A stretch of DNA of 63,966 bases, the filler included, from Phoronis australis (lineage: Eukaryota > Animalia > Phoronida): the NCBI GenBank assembly GCA_002633005.1. It is 6 parts of 6 records of this genome, joined end to end, with 100 filler letters (N's around TTAATTAATTAA, not from the genome) between each part and the next. Parts side by side here need not be neighbours in the genome. Positions count along the whole stretch, not along the records: positions 23,143 to 34,360 come from NMRA01001369.1; positions 34,461 to 45,297 come from NMRA01001730.1; 4 more parts are not named here. The stretch is one strand, 5' to 3'. This document shows, one piece after another, positions 23,396-38,399 of the stretch (positions within the stretch are counted from its first letter, which is position 1; every line of letters starts with the position of its first letter). The notes below the pieces were generated by a model, which saw only the letters and a list, made by a program, of their open reading frames with translations, did no database searches and was not told where the DNA came from. Both the position numbers and the translations under genes were made by a program.

Positions 23396-26051
23396 GTTAG
23401 CAGCAAAAAAAGATGACTGATTGGACGCACAAATGGATGAATGGATGGTGATCTTTATAAAACCCTACATAAATAGTTAATAAACAAAAAACAAACAGGA
23501 GTCAATCATAAATAAATAGTACCCGATGAGGCGAAAAAAAATTACAGTATGCAAGAACCTTAAAAAGACATTGCATAAATAATTAATATTTCTAAGTTAC
23601 ATATATCACTAGGGATTAATCAACTTGGCTCCAGAAAGGGTGAAATATTCATCCGGTTGTCTCCATCAGTTTCCAGAGATGTGACAAACAATAGGTAGGC
23701 GACAGCGAACAAAAATGCAAAAATGGTGAATAATGAATTGATCAGTCGGTAAGGCCAAAAGCACAATGGTTCTGGTCTCAGATTTTGAAAATTGAGTCAG
23801 TAGTACAGTATTTTTTAGTAGCTCACTTTTTCAAAAAAGAAAATTCCCCAAAATCGAGCAAAGATGATGTGTTATTTTTTTCTCTTTGCTTGGCAACTAG
23901 CATTTTAAACCTTGCTTATGTGTTTTTGTGCAATTTTCAGCAAAAGAACACAACACAACACGACACGACACGACACCTTGGCTAAAATTAACACGGGTGG
24001 AAGTTGTTTTTAGTTGGTGAGTGCAGGTCTCAAAAGGAGTCAAGGTTAAAGACTAGAACAAATCTTTCTTTTGAGTTCATCTTTGTTAATTTGTGGTTAT
24101 ACCCTGTTTACACGAGGCAATAGATTTTGTCATAAAACAACTCTCAATTTTCTGATTTAAGACCAAGATCCTTTTCATAACAAAATTTCTATGGAAAGTA
24201 TAAACATGACCTATGGTACCTCGGAAAATAATAGAAAATTTTCAGAATTAGAAATTATAGAGAAATCTCACCAATTTAGGACACAGTATGGCCGACAATA
24301 TGGCCGACAAGTGATTTCTTTTGTTTTTCATCAAAATAAGTAACAATCTGTAATTGATGACTAGACTTAATATCAATTTTATTGCACTATCAAAACGGAA
24401 CTCCATCGTGAAAAATAACCGTACTGTTTAGACCTCTATTTCAGGAAAATACTTGCTTGACTTAGGTGCTCCCGATGCAACATTCTATAGTGAAACAAAA
24501 GGCAGCATGCAGGTCTATCCGAGAGTGAAAAATCTGTGACATAAATCTGCAACACTGGCCAGGACGAAAACGAGCCTCATTTTATGTGTCACTGCCATGT
24601 TCTGGGTGATGTTTGCCAAAATTAGCTTATTTCAAAGTCATGATCATTACATAAATTAAAAAGCCTGGCACTCTATATTTCAAGTGAAGTACCAGGCTAG
24701 CACCATTACCTCAAAGGAAGTGAGATAAAAAACACCTTGTTTGCTTCCTAGGTTTGTTCTTAAATGACAGGATGGAATTGTGCAACAGAACTAAAATGTT
24801 ATTTTTATCCCAATAATATTTACTGTCACCCAATTTTCCTGACCTTCTCTAGCAGAATGTGATCTCCAATAAGAATCTCTGAGAAAAGTGCTTGTCTAGA
24901 CAAGATAATTCACATCATAAGCCTTTTCTAAATATTTGTTTTGATCTTATGCTGCAGTATAAGACAATTATGTACTTGAGGCCCATCCCTTTGAAGTCCT
25001 ACATTTCATAAGCTGATAAACCTGACTAATACATATCCAGACAAGCAGAGGAACTGGTCCAACAGATCCCTAATCTCAGTGCTCTACCACTTTCCTAATT
25101 GCCAAACCGAAAGAGAACTTTCCCTCCTTGGTCTGGACCATGTCAAACTCCCCTCCGGCCATGATTTTGGATCTGCGCCCAGGTATAGACCAATCCAAGA
25201 ATGAAAATACTAAGCTCAGACTAAACCATGGAAAGCCCAGTGCTGATTAGCCAGGGTTATAATACATTAGGTGCATGTCAGCCACCAGCAGATACTGCTG
25301 AGTGAGATGCCCTCTAAAGTAGTTTTACCCTGCTTCAATCCTAAGATATGTTGCATGGAAGGGTACAGAAGTTCGGGGGGGGGGGGGNAGTGGCAGCTTA
25401 ATTTCCAACCCACTGATCCTGGCCACGAACAAGAACAGATGCAATGTCGTCACCGAGTATGTCATTTGCAATGAAACTTTCCAATATTCATGTATAATCT
25501 AGAAAACCGTTCAGTAGATTTGTGTAGGTGGAAAAAGGAATCTTTTGTAAAGTGAAAATTGACTCCAAAAGTGAAAATTTTCATGGGCAATTTTGTAAGA
25601 AAAGGCACCCCATGTCCTGTCTTCTAAGGCAGAGCTTCTGCAGTCGGAATAGAAGATGTTTCCTTCAGTCATCATCTGCGCACCTCTCACAGACCCCATC
25701 CATGCCTACAAACAAAACTACAAGAAACGCATTGCACTACTCACCCTCCCTCATTCTGACTTAATGACTATTAACAATTAAACTAAAAGGTATTAAATCA
25801 AATTATAAAAGCATGAAATCTATGACACTTGACAAATTCAAACTGTTGAGTACAAGTCTGTGTTATTTACTGGTATGTGACGTCAATAAGGTTCAAAGGC
25901 CTGAGCAATAAGACCATGAGCCAGACTGTTTTGTTAAAACACGGTTTTAAGGTCACTGGTTAATTGACTGTCATACACAACTATTTTCAAATATTTTGTT
26001 CCATTTTCAATAGACTCAGGATAAGTTGTACTTGACTCTAGGACCACTGTA

Positions 26052-26875
26052 CACATAGGGTACCTAATTATCGGACGGAACCTCAATATCGGACATTTCA
26101 TAGAATCTAACTTGAAGCATAATCTGAGAATTAAATGACACCAATTTTTGTTCCGTTGTAATGCATTCAATGTCCGGCACCGTCTCGTTTTTTACAGCGT
26201 TGCCTCGTTTTGATTTCACCGAGAGAGGGTGCAATTTAGACCCCCAAGTCGGACTAAAATGGACGATCGCATAAATCGGTTATAAAAGTTGAAAATAAAA
26301 TCTTTTTCCACAATGAAACCATCTCATTGAACAGACAATATGTCACTATTCCATTTTTTCGTTTGTTTTTAAACTCAAGTCAAACCCCGACCGCGCACGT
26401 GCGGGTGTCATATCAAGAAGCCTAAGTGATACTAAAAACTGCAGTGAGTTTGCACGTGCTTTATTCGTCTGCACTAATTCATTGAAACGACTTGGCGCCG
26501 TCATCAGATTTCATTTCATGGATAATTTTGTTGCGAATGGACCTGGGTTCTAGCAGCATATATGTCAAAACACTCGAGCTGAAATTTGGCGACAAGGTGC
26601 CCGCGGCCATTACGTGGTTAGTCAGTTTTCCGCGGTGTGGCGTATGGAGAAACATGGTGTCCGATATTTAGGTTCTCCGAAGGTTTGGTTGTTGTGTTTT
26701 TTGAAGATCAGTCGGAACATAAATGTGGCTTTCAGTGACAAGATATAGTAACAGAACAATTCCGTGAAGGTAAATCTTTATTTCAGCAAAGAATTTACAA
26801 CAATCCGTAATGTTTTCAATTAAATATAATGCAAAATGTGCCAAAACGTCCGATAATTAGGTCACTTGACTGTAT
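26052..26875. mobile_element. Non-autonomous DNA transposon (Tc1/mariner/pogo-like MITE), copy 1
   Basis: TIR core acctaattatcggac / gtccgataattaggt; right end ...gactg-TA. Near-identical copy at 39939-41475. Confidence 0.75.
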
Positions 26876-29843
26876 ACACATTGGTACACAGCACAGACAC
26901 GGCTTAAAACAGTGACAAATTATTCAGGTAAAATGTATATAATTTCATTAAAAAATATTAAATCTGTATTTTGCCAATGTTTAGATGTCAATGTTTAAAT
27001 CTTAACAAACACAATTTATTTAAAACATAAGCATACCCATACAGTCTTGAATTGTTGCAGAATGAGTCGTGGGACTTCAAGTCACAGACAATGTGCACCG
27101 TACATGCCCCATTTTCAAAACTGCAAGTTTTGAGTTGACCAAACCCAATAAGCACTGCAGCGGTTTTCCAATGCTCTCATTGGTAACCAAAATAAAATCC
27201 TATCATGGTGACGAATATTATGGAACCAATTTAATGAAATTAAAAGCCATCATATGATTTTCGTTCTTAGCCAACTAAACAGGAGATACATACAGATTTA
27301 ATTGAAAAACACTACAGAACTTCTGAGCAAGAATTTGTGTGGAGTGTAAAAAGTAAATGAGCAACAAAAGTGCTGAAAATTGCGTGGAAGACTGCATCGC
27401 AAATGTTATACTTAGGTTTTTTCACATTTTTCTGTAAAAGTTAGGTAGCACCAACAAGGCTTCATCATGTTCAAGTTCTGTTACCATTGGTACCATCAGA
27501 CATTATTTTGAAAAACTACTCACAAAAATCTTAAAAGCCATTAAAACTTGTAAAACAAGTGATGTTGGCGATCACTTTCATTGGAATTGATAAGACTTAA
27601 ACTACAGTAAACTCCCACAATTTTTGGAACGTCATAGTGGCGGAAAAAAGTGAAACTTTTTCTTATCCATTAGTAGCGCCAAATTAATATATAGTTACCA
27701 TAACTTCAATATCATAGTTACCATCACTCACGTAATGCTTTCACAAAAAGTGGGCAATCACAACATTAGAAACCATTGATAGTAAAAAGGTCAACATAGA
27801 CAACCATTTTTGTTTGAAATTGGTGGGATAGTGGAATTACTATAGCTCACTGCATGTTTAGTCATCTAAACTGTCAGTCAATTCCATTGGCAGTAGAGAA
27901 GCCATACAGTTTGTCAAGTGGTTTAGTTATACCTCTAGGAAATGTGTTAGTCTCAGCAGTGACACAATGCAACACCTACACCATGAAACAGCCATTTCAT
28001 GTTGTAGTTAAAAATGACATGGTATATTTCAACCTAATATAGTTTTATCTCGCTAATTTCACTTAGATTAAATTATGAGAAAATTCCTCAGGTAATTTAA
28101 AGCAACTACAGAATAATTTTGTGACACCTTTCACATGGTGCCTTTAATTAATCTGTTTTGTAAACAGATTAAGACACATTCACACTGGGTAATATCAAAC
28201 TTCAACAAGTTGCAACTGGGGCTCATTTCCAACTGGAACACAAAAATGTGACTGTTGCTATAGTTGAAATGTTTAATACTTATGATCAATATTAATAGCT
28301 TTAGTCCATCATGTTATTAGACATGCTCAGCGACCACTCAGCAACTTATCCCTATTGCTAAGAGGAGGAACATTAATCCATAAATATACCTGTATTAGGG
28401 TAATATGATGTGTGGTACTTCCATGCTTCTTAGGGTCTAAGTCACACCAAGGAAGCTTTCAAGTCAATCTCAACAACCAGAAAAAATGAAGTGGGAGTCC
28501 ATGAAGCATTGTGAAATCTGAGTAAAAACTGTGTAGGCACTTTTGGCCAAACCAGGTTTTGCCTGCCCTATAGCCATAGAAGTCTTAAAAGACAGGCTCA
28601 GATCTACTGAGAAGTGAAGAGACCTTTAAAATATACTAATGAAAGAAAAATATGTCAACTAAAAATTATATGAAAACGTGTCTTAAAGAATGCATCCACA
28701 CTAAAGTATTAATTTTGAAATAGAGATTTCACAGAAAGATTGCATTGTTTCTGAGCCAGACATTCATTTCCAGGGCCAATGCAAAAAGTTACTCAAAGTA
28801 ATGTCTAGATCAGACTAGGTACTGAATATAGGCTGCCCAGACAACACAGTTCACGCAGGTTCATAAACATTAAGCATGAGTTCCACCATTCAAGGATCTG
28901 TAAACATAATTCTCTGACTCACAAACTAGTGTCTAAGCACTCATAAATATGGCCACAACAAAAAAACATCTATTAACAAACACAGTTCACAGATGGCAAT
29001 CACAGATCTAACACTTGCAAACATGGCTCAATAATGTACTCTTCACTGTTCATCAGTCATCACCAATATGAGTCCCATCAGCTGTGCATTAGGCGTGGAA
29101 GTCATGTTTTGTGAGTATCACCAAGAGTTTGTGAATTAGTGAATTGTATTTATAGGTTTGTAAGCCTTGCTGATAAGTAAGAAACTATGCACATAAGTGT
29201 GAGCACTGCAAGCATAATTCACAAACTTTCAAATATATATCTATAATCATACTATTTGTTATTGTTATACATTCCAAAAAGAAGACAGGAATAGAAACAA
29301 AAATGCAAAATAAAAGTAAGAAACTGAGGAGAATTCCCGATGCTCATAACATGAGCAGTATTTTTTTATTTGGTTGGTTGACCACAAACAGCGAAATTAG
29401 CAATGCCTTAATTTGCATAAAACGTGAGATGACTGAAACAGCCCAGGTAAACTGTAGACATTTCAATGAAGCGCATAACACCATGCGCATTATTTCCTCA
29501 TTATAAGTCACAGGTGAAAAATGATATCAGTTCTGATACATAATGACAGAAATGAATGCATATATGGCTAGTTATTTCATGACATTTCAGTTGGTGGCAG
29601 CATATTAACATAGGTCCAACAGGATGGGGGATACCAGTCATACCTCACGCAGACACACCTAGACCCTAAGTAGATGTGGTCACTAGGAAAGTTCTTCCAC
29701 AACAATCTGTCTCACCTTAATTGTAAGGTAACACATTGACTTGAAGTCATTCGTTTGTCTTCCTTATGATATTACCCATAATTCACAGATGAGTACAATA
29801 TAAATAACAAGTCCAACTCACGGGATTTCTTTTTTTCATCTGG

Positions 29844-32800
29844 ATTTGACTGGACGATACAATTAATGGCTGCATTGGGTAGAAAGAGCATCCACAGTCT
29901 GAAGTTAGGAAACAACACAATTTTTCTCAGTAGTGAGACCCCCAGTGTGTTTAAAGAGGCATTCCCAACGTGCCCTAATCTGCCAACATTATATTAAAGG
30001 CATCATAGCCGAGAATTGTTTAAATAATGTAAATTTTATTTCCTACACGCGCATTAAGTCAAAGTGGTAACCATTGAATAGTGTTCTGTTCCTAATCGAA
30101 GCAACATTTAAATGTATGGTAAATAGGCAGCCCATAGTGACTTGAACAGCTTTATGGTAGTTCAGTGACACATGACTTCTGGACAATCAAACCTTGGTGT
30201 GTGTATCATACCAAAGAACTATATTTCTCTGAACAGACCAGACTACAGATTTCATAATGAAATGGGAAAATGTAATTAACCACCGAAACACAGCTAATTC
30301 TGGTCAAGAGCTTTGTTGCTAGTCAACCATATCTAATTTTATTTTTAAAGAAATATTTTATCTTTTAGTTACCTGTAAGTTTTGCAATTTTGAGAAAAAT
30401 AGTTTTCTTTGGCACCAGCAGTGATAATTAAATTTGATTTCGTTCTGACCAAATCTGGTAGTCCTGATTGGTGATATACATAAAGATTCATAACGATTTT
30501 GTGTACTTTAAAAGATAAAATATTTCATGCTAATATGCTAATCTAATTTGAACAAGTGGATTCTCCTTATCATGGGTGAGGTTTGGTAATTAACTGTCCT
30601 TCTGTCACTCTAGATTTTATTGAAATATGATTAATTGGCAGGTGTTAGTACTCAGTGTATTACTTGAAGAGGTCCCACCTGTAGCACACTTCCAAACACT
30701 CCACAGTCAGGCTCAACATTATCTTGGGAACACACTTAATCTTCTTCAATGGTGCACTCGGCCCACAGTTTTTTCACCTTCTTGACCCTTTTAACTAAGC
30801 CTCTTATGCCTCAGGGGGTTCTTATGACGTGTTAATATTGACATAACACACATTTTTAAAACCTAAGTGTGATGGGAAAAAATATCATTCAAACTGTTAT
30901 CACAAAAGTTCATTTTGTTTGGTCTTGAAATTATAAGCGACAGAAACAATATCATACATAAACATGTAGCTGCCTAAAACATTTTGCTAACAATGAAAAT
31001 AAACATATTTGTTCTCAAAAATAAATTCACTCACATAAATCACTAGGGTCTTGCGCACAATATTGCCCCATGGGGATTATGTAAAACTCTCTATTAGTAA
31101 GAATCCCTCTTGACAACAGTCTATTCAGGAGTAAACACATTAACATCTCCTCTGTAATTATGAGGCTACCGCTAGCCATTATGTCTTTAGCTCAAAAACT
31201 AGTACCAAATTTCTATTTGTTCAAGACTGAGTACATTTGTACAAATAATTAAATTTTAGACAAGGTACTGTTTTATTACAAAACAAACCATGTTGACCAT
31301 AGTGTAAAATATTCATATTTTTCATTTTTGTGGATGAATTAGTCAAAGACTAACTGCACTAGTCGACCAAATTGTGTGGAGATATGGTAAATGTGAAGAA
31401 TTAGCACACCTGGGGGAGGGGGGTATTAAAGTGACTATACAACCATATGATAAGGATGGGTGACTGATGGACAGGCACTCCAGCCTGAACAGACCATCTC
31501 AATGAGGGCTTTTTGAAACTGAACAAGCCGCTATCTATACCTCAACAAGTTTACTTTTACCGTTGCTGTGAATGTTGAGAGCCAGGTGAGGGTGTATCAT
31601 TAGCAGTTGACAGGTCATAAACTAGTCAGAAAAAGCATGCACAAATACATGGTCGGCACAGCACTGAAATAAGTGGGGAGCTTTTGCCCCCCCCCCTNAT
31701 TTGACTGGACGATACAATTAATGGCTGCATTGGGTAGAAAGAGCATCCACAGTCTGAAGTTAGGAAACAACACAGTTTTTCTCAGTAGTGAGACCCCCAG
31801 TGTGTTTAAAGAGGCATTCCCAACGTGCCCTAATCTGCCAACATTATATTAAAGGCATCATAGCTGAGAATTGTTTAAATAATGTAAATTTTATTTCCTA
31901 CACGCGCATTAAGTCAAAGTGGTAACCATTGAATAGTGTTCTGTTCCTAATCGAAGCAACATATAAATGTATGGTAAATAGGCAGCCTATAGTGACTTGA
32001 ACAGCTTTATGGTAGTTCAGTGACACATGACTTCTGGACAATCAAACCTTGATGTGTGTATCAGACCAAAGAACTATATTTCTCTGAACAGACCAGACCA
32101 CAGATTCCATAATGAAATGGGAAAATGTAATTAACCACCGAAACACAGCTAATTCTGGTTAAGAGCTTTGTTGCTAGTCAACCATATCTAATTTTATTTT
32201 TAAAGAAATATTTTATCTTTTAGTTACCTGTAAGTTTTGCAATTTTGAGAAAAATAGTTTTCTTTGGCACCAGCAGTGATCATAATTAAATTTGATTTCG
32301 TTCTGACCAAATCTGGTAGTCCTGATTGGTGATATACATAAAGATTCATAACGATTTTGTGTACTTTAAAAGATAAAATATTTCATGCTAATATGCTAAT
32401 CTAATTTGAACAAGTGGATTCTCCTTATCATGGGTGAGGTTTGGTAATTAACTGTCCTTCTGTCACTCTAGATTTTATTGAAATATGATTAATTGGCAGG
32501 TGTTAGTACTCAGTGTATTACTTGAAGAGGTCCCACCTGTAGCACACTTCCAAACACTCCACAGTCAGGCTCAACATTATCTTGGGAACACACTTAATCT
32601 TCTTCAATGGTGCACTCGGCCCACAGTTTTTTCACCTTCTTGACCCTTTTAACTAAGCCTCTTATGCCTCAGGGGGTTCTTATGACGTGTTAATATTGAC
32701 ATAACACACATTTTTAAAACCTAAGTGTGATGGGAAAAAATATCATTCAAACTGTTATCACAAAAGTTCATTTTGTTTGGTCTTGAAATTATNNNNNNNN

Positions 32801-33229
32801 NNNNNNNNNNNNNNNNNNNNNNNNNNNNNNNNNNNNNNNNNNNNNNNNNNNNNNNNNNNNNNNNNNNNNNNNNNNNNNNNNNNNNNNNNNNNNNNNNNNN
32901 NNNNNNNNNNNNNNNNNNNNNNNNNNNNNNNNNNNNNNNNNNNNNNNNNNNNNNNNNNNNNNNNNNNNNNNNNNNNNNNNNNNNNNNNNNNNNNNNNNNN
33001 NNNNNNNNNNNNNNNNNNNNNNNNNNNNNNNNNNNNNNNNNNNNNNNNNNNNTGAACAAGCCGCTATCTATACCTCAACAAGTTTACTTTTACCGTTGCT
33101 GTGAATGTTGAGAGCCAGGTGAGGGTGTATCATTAGCAGTTGACAGGTCATAAACTAGTCAGAAAAAGCATGCACAAATACATGGTCGGCACAGCACTGA
33201 AATAAGTGGGGAGCTTTTGCCCCCCCCCC
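29844..33229. repeat. ~1.85-kb near-identical tandem duplication (29844-31697 vs 31699-33229), probably allelic assembly artefact
   Basis: Copies are joined at a single n (31698). The second copy contains an N gap (32793-33052). Only scattered SNPs and small indels differ. Confidence 0.8.
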
Positions 33230-34043
33230 TCTAGCCCCCTATGGTGCACTGCCCATGAAATAAGCAGTCAACCCACAATACACAAACAAGACAATAGAAA
33301 ACAACTCTCTCCATTCAGTAGTGTAATGTTCAACACAAGTGTTCAGCCCCTACCAAGAAATCTGATTGGAACTCACAACCTAAATCCTTTCTCAATTAAC
33401 TGCATTACCAATTTTAGTAAAGGTTCATTACTTGAATTTAACACAGGTGAACGTTTACATTGTAACACTGGTCTACTAAACCTAAATGCAAATCAGTTCA
33501 AAAGACCCAAATCAAGACAGTTTTGATGACAGAACATGCTTTAAGCAGTTTAAGTGCAAAAGACCCACCTTGGGCATAATGGCAAGTGAGATGATAACAG
33601 AGCCTAGGAGATGTGTACCTCATCAAGCTGAATCTCTAAAGGGATGAGGTTCTTCAATAAGATCGATGGCTAAAGCTTGAGAGCATGCCTTAGATGTGAT
33701 GATACCTATCTCATTATCACCAGGTGATAGACTACTGTTGATATATCATGTTTGGCCTCCAACACATATTCATTAGTCACCTGAAAACAGCCATGGTGCA
33801 GGTTACCATGGACAGGGCTCAGAGGAAGACATACAAAACAGTAGTATTTCTGAATTAGTTTTCTCCATAAGAAGTGACCAAACATTATTTTTTCAAAGTG
33901 TTTCAATTGTTGCCATGGTGACTGTTCACGAACCTGTGACTGCAGATACAGTTGGTCCAAACATTCGGATACAGTTCCATAAAAAGAAAACTGGTTATTA
34001 ATCTGGTTACAAAATGCGAACTAATTAAAACTCCACCAATGAG

Positions 34044-34360
34044 AACAAACAATACACAGTTGTCATGCACACCCTACACTTTATATCAAACACCTCGTCC
34101 TAGACCATATAGCACAAACAATACACAGTTGTCATGCACACTCTACACTTTATATCAAACACCTCGTCCTAGACCATATAGCACAAACAATACACAGTTG
34201 TCATGCACACTCTACACTTTAGATCAAACACCTTGTCCTAGAGCATATAGCACAAACAATACACAGTTGTCATACACACTCTACACTTTAGATCAAACAC
34301 CTCGTCCTAGACCATATAGCACAAACAATACACAGTTGTCATACACACTCTACACTTTAG
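34044..34360. repeat. 69-bp minisatellite, ~4.6 copies, truncated by spacer
   Basis: Unit acaaacaatacacagttgtcatgcacactctacactttatatcaaacacctcgtcctagaccatatagc; explains the repetitive ORF 33952..34416. Confidence 0.9.
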
Positions 34361-35600
34361 NNNNNNNNNNNNNNNNNNNNNNNNNNNNNNNNNNNNNNNN
34401 NNNNTTAATTAATTAANNNNNNNNNNNNNNNNNNNNNNNNNNNNNNNNNNNNNNNNNNNNTCACCAATCAGGACCATGCAATTATAGAATTTTTCACAAA
34501 AAACGCACAAAACACCCCAACTCCTGAAAGTGTACACAAACAGGGACTTCGACAGCTTACAGGAAAGGCGACTGAAAGAGAAAATGTTATGAGGGGACAA
34601 TTCCTCCGGGTTGTCACATGAGGTGAAAGTGATCCTAAACTCAAAGAGCATTTCTGATCCAAGGGGATTTCTGGGTCTAGGAAGGGGAATTCCGTTTGAT
34701 TTTTAAATGTTTTTCTGAGAAGAAAGAAGCCCATAAAAAATCAATGCATTGAGGGCTTTGACAGAAGTGGGAATATTTTTGTACGATGATAATTTATTTA
34801 AGAAAATTGTATGTTAACATCTGCTCTTATGAAACTGCCTGGATGTTGGAAGTTTCAGTGAGGCATATCTGTCATACTCTGCATGTGGATAAACTGAAGT
34901 ATCCATTTACGAGTCACGATTTGAAACGATGACAACTCATATCCATTCTATTTAACACCCAAGGCATTTCAATTGAGGAACTAAAAATCAGAGTATGAGT
35001 GTTAAAGCCACATGCAAACAGCCCATCTTCAAACGGCCATTGTTTTTGGCTTGTTTCTTGTGGTGTAAACCTTATATTTTACATAGAATTAGCCTTCCCA
35101 ATTGCACATGATAACACTATCCACTGAATGAAGTTCACCATTTGTTTGAATGCGGAGCTTTAACGTCACTACCTAGGGTTCGTTTGAGTTAGAAGTTCGT
35201 GACTTCGGCTCAAATCTATTTTTCACTACATTGGGCTTCAATTTGAGTTCATCGGTGCATGGAGATCAAAAACTTAGTTGTTAGAAGGTTTTTAGCCTAA
35301 CGTTAGCAATAACTCGAACTGATACAATCAATTAGTAGGTAATATGGTGGTCTGAGCCTCTGGGTCAGCATGGGTTACCCACAATGAGTACGGTACATTA
35401 ACAGTACTTCTAGGGTCAGAGCCTCTGGGTCAGCCTGCTTATACCTACAATATGTATTCACCAATAGCACTACAGTGGTCTGAACCTCTGCCAGTCGGCC
35501 CGAGTTAACCACAGTGAGTACACATACTCACCAACAGTAATTTGATGGCCTGACCCTCTGTCTCAGCCTCATTGTCCATAATTAGTACATATGTACTCAC

Positions 35601-35862
35601 CAACAGTAAGATCATCCAACTCTGGCACAATAGGTAAAGTCCAGCCCAGAGGAACCAACGCATGAGTAATCTGACCCATATTGACCATTGGCTCCACTCG
35701 TACCACCTGGCGGTCTGTATCAATGTCCAGAATGTCCATCAGGTTGATGTGGATGTTTCTGCAAGTGTCTTTGTAAACACCCTGTCTAAAACTGACTGTC
35801 ATCCATCCAGGCCGAGACGTACACATGGTGTTCTTGCACCCATCTTCTCGCCATCTGCGGAC
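35601..35862 (-). CDS. DHCR24: Delta(24)-sterol reductase, exon 2
   Basis: Acceptor cataacctcag; [28 protein letters not shown]...[11 protein letters not shown]...[12 protein letters not shown](G)|gtgagt, the FAD-binding region of DHCR24. Confidence 0.95.
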
Positions 35863-35904
35863 CTGAGGTTATGAAGAGAGTCATGAGAAGACAACAAGAG
35901 AAAA

Positions 35905-36030
35905 GCACAGTGTTTATATATAACTACCGCGTGCATGGATACAGTGAGCACAGTGTTTATATATAACTACCGCGTGCATGGATACAGTGAGCACAGTGTT
36001 ATTATATAACTACTGCGTGCATGGATACAG
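35905..36030. repeat. 43-bp tandem repeat x3
   Basis: Unit gcacagtgtttatatataactaccgcgtgcatggatacagtga. Confidence 0.9.
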
Positions 36031-36189
36031 CGCAGATACAAGAGTTGATCATTATATTAAACATTGTTAGTACACATAATCACGTAATACCTTCTAGGCT
36101 GGTGCAAACCTAGTCAGAAATGTTATGGTAGGAATACACCTGACATTTTCTGTAGTGATTCTTCAAGATGATTACGAGGACAGAGATGC

Positions 36190-36485
36190 AATAAACCACA
36201 AATGACACAAAAATAACAGAAATGTCACAAGGAGGCGTAATGGAGGTTAAATCTATCTCAGTGAGACACGCCACGAGTGTTGTCTACGTGCTGGTACCCC
36301 ATTTTGCAAAATTTCAAAACAACAAAAAAATTCCCATAACAATTGGAGCAGTTCAAAAAGCATTTTCATTCATGCACTTCATAAGAAGAATGTGCATGCA
36401 TCAAGTGGTTTTGGAGATACATCAGTGGACGCTATACGGACGAGGACGACAGCTAATGCACCCACATATATGGATGCATAAAAAT
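36190..36485 (-). mobile_element. Diverged, truncated HINE-family copy
   Basis: ttttggagata...ggacg...atgcacccacatatatggatgcataaaaa resembles the terminus of the 5141-6432 family. Confidence 0.5.
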
Positions 36486-38399
36486 ATACAATAACACAAG
36501 ATGTGGCACTGTCGCTTATATGTCAGAGCTTGCAACTTTTTATTAAAATGGTTTTCCCTCGGTGATACTCATTCATCCACAAGGAGGGGCTCGACTGCTG
36601 TAGGTCATGCCTCCCTTATTCATCAAAAGCCCACTTCTGTTGAACTTCAACCTTGGCTTAAATAGCCCCTCTGTTCAATGTCCTCTTAGTGCAAATCATT
36701 TCACACACCCCTTCTCGCCCCTCCCATCACCAGCAATTTTGCATTCAACTGTTTCCCCCCCTGTTGAAAAATACAGACACCTTCAATACGGCACAAGCAC
36801 CGGTGAGCAAAGAGTTAAGATCAAAAACATTTCAAATACAAGGTGTGGAAAGCTAACCTAAACTTTCCACTTAAATTTGCTGAGGCTGGCATAACAGCGT
36901 ATCATATATAGTAAAAAAGAAAAACATTTTGCCACTGGGATACTGTATTTTCCGAAGATCGCTTATGACCTTTTTGAAAATATTGACAGCATCAAACAAA
37001 AATTTTGAATTCGTGTTCATGGATATGTCCCAGTTATAGTTCATGGCTGTTGTCACTGACAACCATCTACTTCTTCCTAATCCCCAAACAAAAGAAGTCC
37101 AAAATCAGTAAATGCCATTTCAGTGGAGAATTTCTAGCTTACACTGGTCACCCCTCAGATTCCCTCAACCCCAGACAACTTTTATGATGCCTATTCAGCA
37201 CGCCCTTTGTATTAATGTAGATCTGTGCTAATGAAGTGGAAAGGTAGCTAGCACTACTGTCTCAACAATGATGGTTGTTATTTACACCCAAATTGGTTTT
37301 CTCTGACATTTGCATGGAGTTACAGCCTGCAGTTGCGGAGAGGAGTTTTAACTAATTGTGCATTTAAAATATTACACAATGACTAAAAAAGTAAATTGTG
37401 TTTATATTGACCAAGGGCCACTTCCCAAAGGAACGATGGTTTTAAATATTTTTATTATTTCATTTTTAATACCCCTGTGTGCTTTTTTCTTAAGGGGAAT
37501 GGGTTGATGTCTTTTTATTTTATTTTCATAATTGAAGTATCAAAACAGTGGTAGATTTTGATCGCCACAGAAACTTCATCAGAACTTTAGTTAATATGTG
37601 TCATTTGTTAAAAATTAATTTTATTAGAACTCAATTCATAAAATACATACAAAAGTACAAATATGATGATAGCCAAACTGAAAATTTGGAATCTCTGGAA
37701 ATTTCAGTTGCACTGACTACATAACTATGCTAGCTTTTTGTCAGTCATAAAAAAATAAAGAGTGCGCACAAGTTACAAACAACTGTTTCCTAGTCAAAAA
37801 TCTGGTTAAACGAGATTGAAAGACCATTAAAAATCCAGGTCATATATCATTAACTTTGCTCAGCGTTTGAAAATCCACCGAGTAATATTAATAGCCACGG
37901 TCGTTTATCTTCAATTGCACCATATGGTTGTAGTTTTAGCTTAAGTTCATTAAAAACCTTATTTGGTTGCTTTTTCCAGCTGAATACCGCCGTGGTTTAG
38001 TTTATTTTCAACGAGAATCGTTGGTTAATGCATTTTGAAAATTTGCCAGTGTGTACAGGTGTTTACTACAGTTTATGGTCAGGTAATTACACTTAATTGG
38101 GCCTTAATGGCACCCGGACAATGCAGTCAACACAACTGTATCCGACTCTGACGCCACGCTCTCTTTGATCCTCAGGTAAAAGTCACTCAGGGGGACAAGC
38201 GGTGAAAATTCTGCACTAGAAAGGTGACTTCACGGTGTGTTTTAAAATTTCACACGGCAGGTGATATGATATCATATCCCCTGGTGAAATTGTGTGAAAT
38301 TGGCGAGTTACCTGTTTAGGGAACTGAACAAGGGACTGCTCGAATAAAAAGTTTGATAACAGGACAGGAGTAGGCCTATTTGTTCGAGTTGGAAGAAAT

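Noticed and set aside
25100-25700. Possible L1/Tx1 endonuclease remnant (GNIFYS, IMAGGEFD)
   Set aside because: Motifs too short and too degraded to support without a profile search.
32721-33111. ORFs made of X residues
   Set aside because: Artefacts of the N gap.
33569-33780. Exon-like segment (ttttcag ... AAG|gtgggt) considered as DHCR24 exon 3
   Set aside because: Stops in all three frames, no GLIMGxGIESSSH match, and it lies across a spacer from DHCR24.
33952-34416. 154-aa repetitive ORF
   Set aside because: Translation of the 69-bp minisatellite running into Ns.
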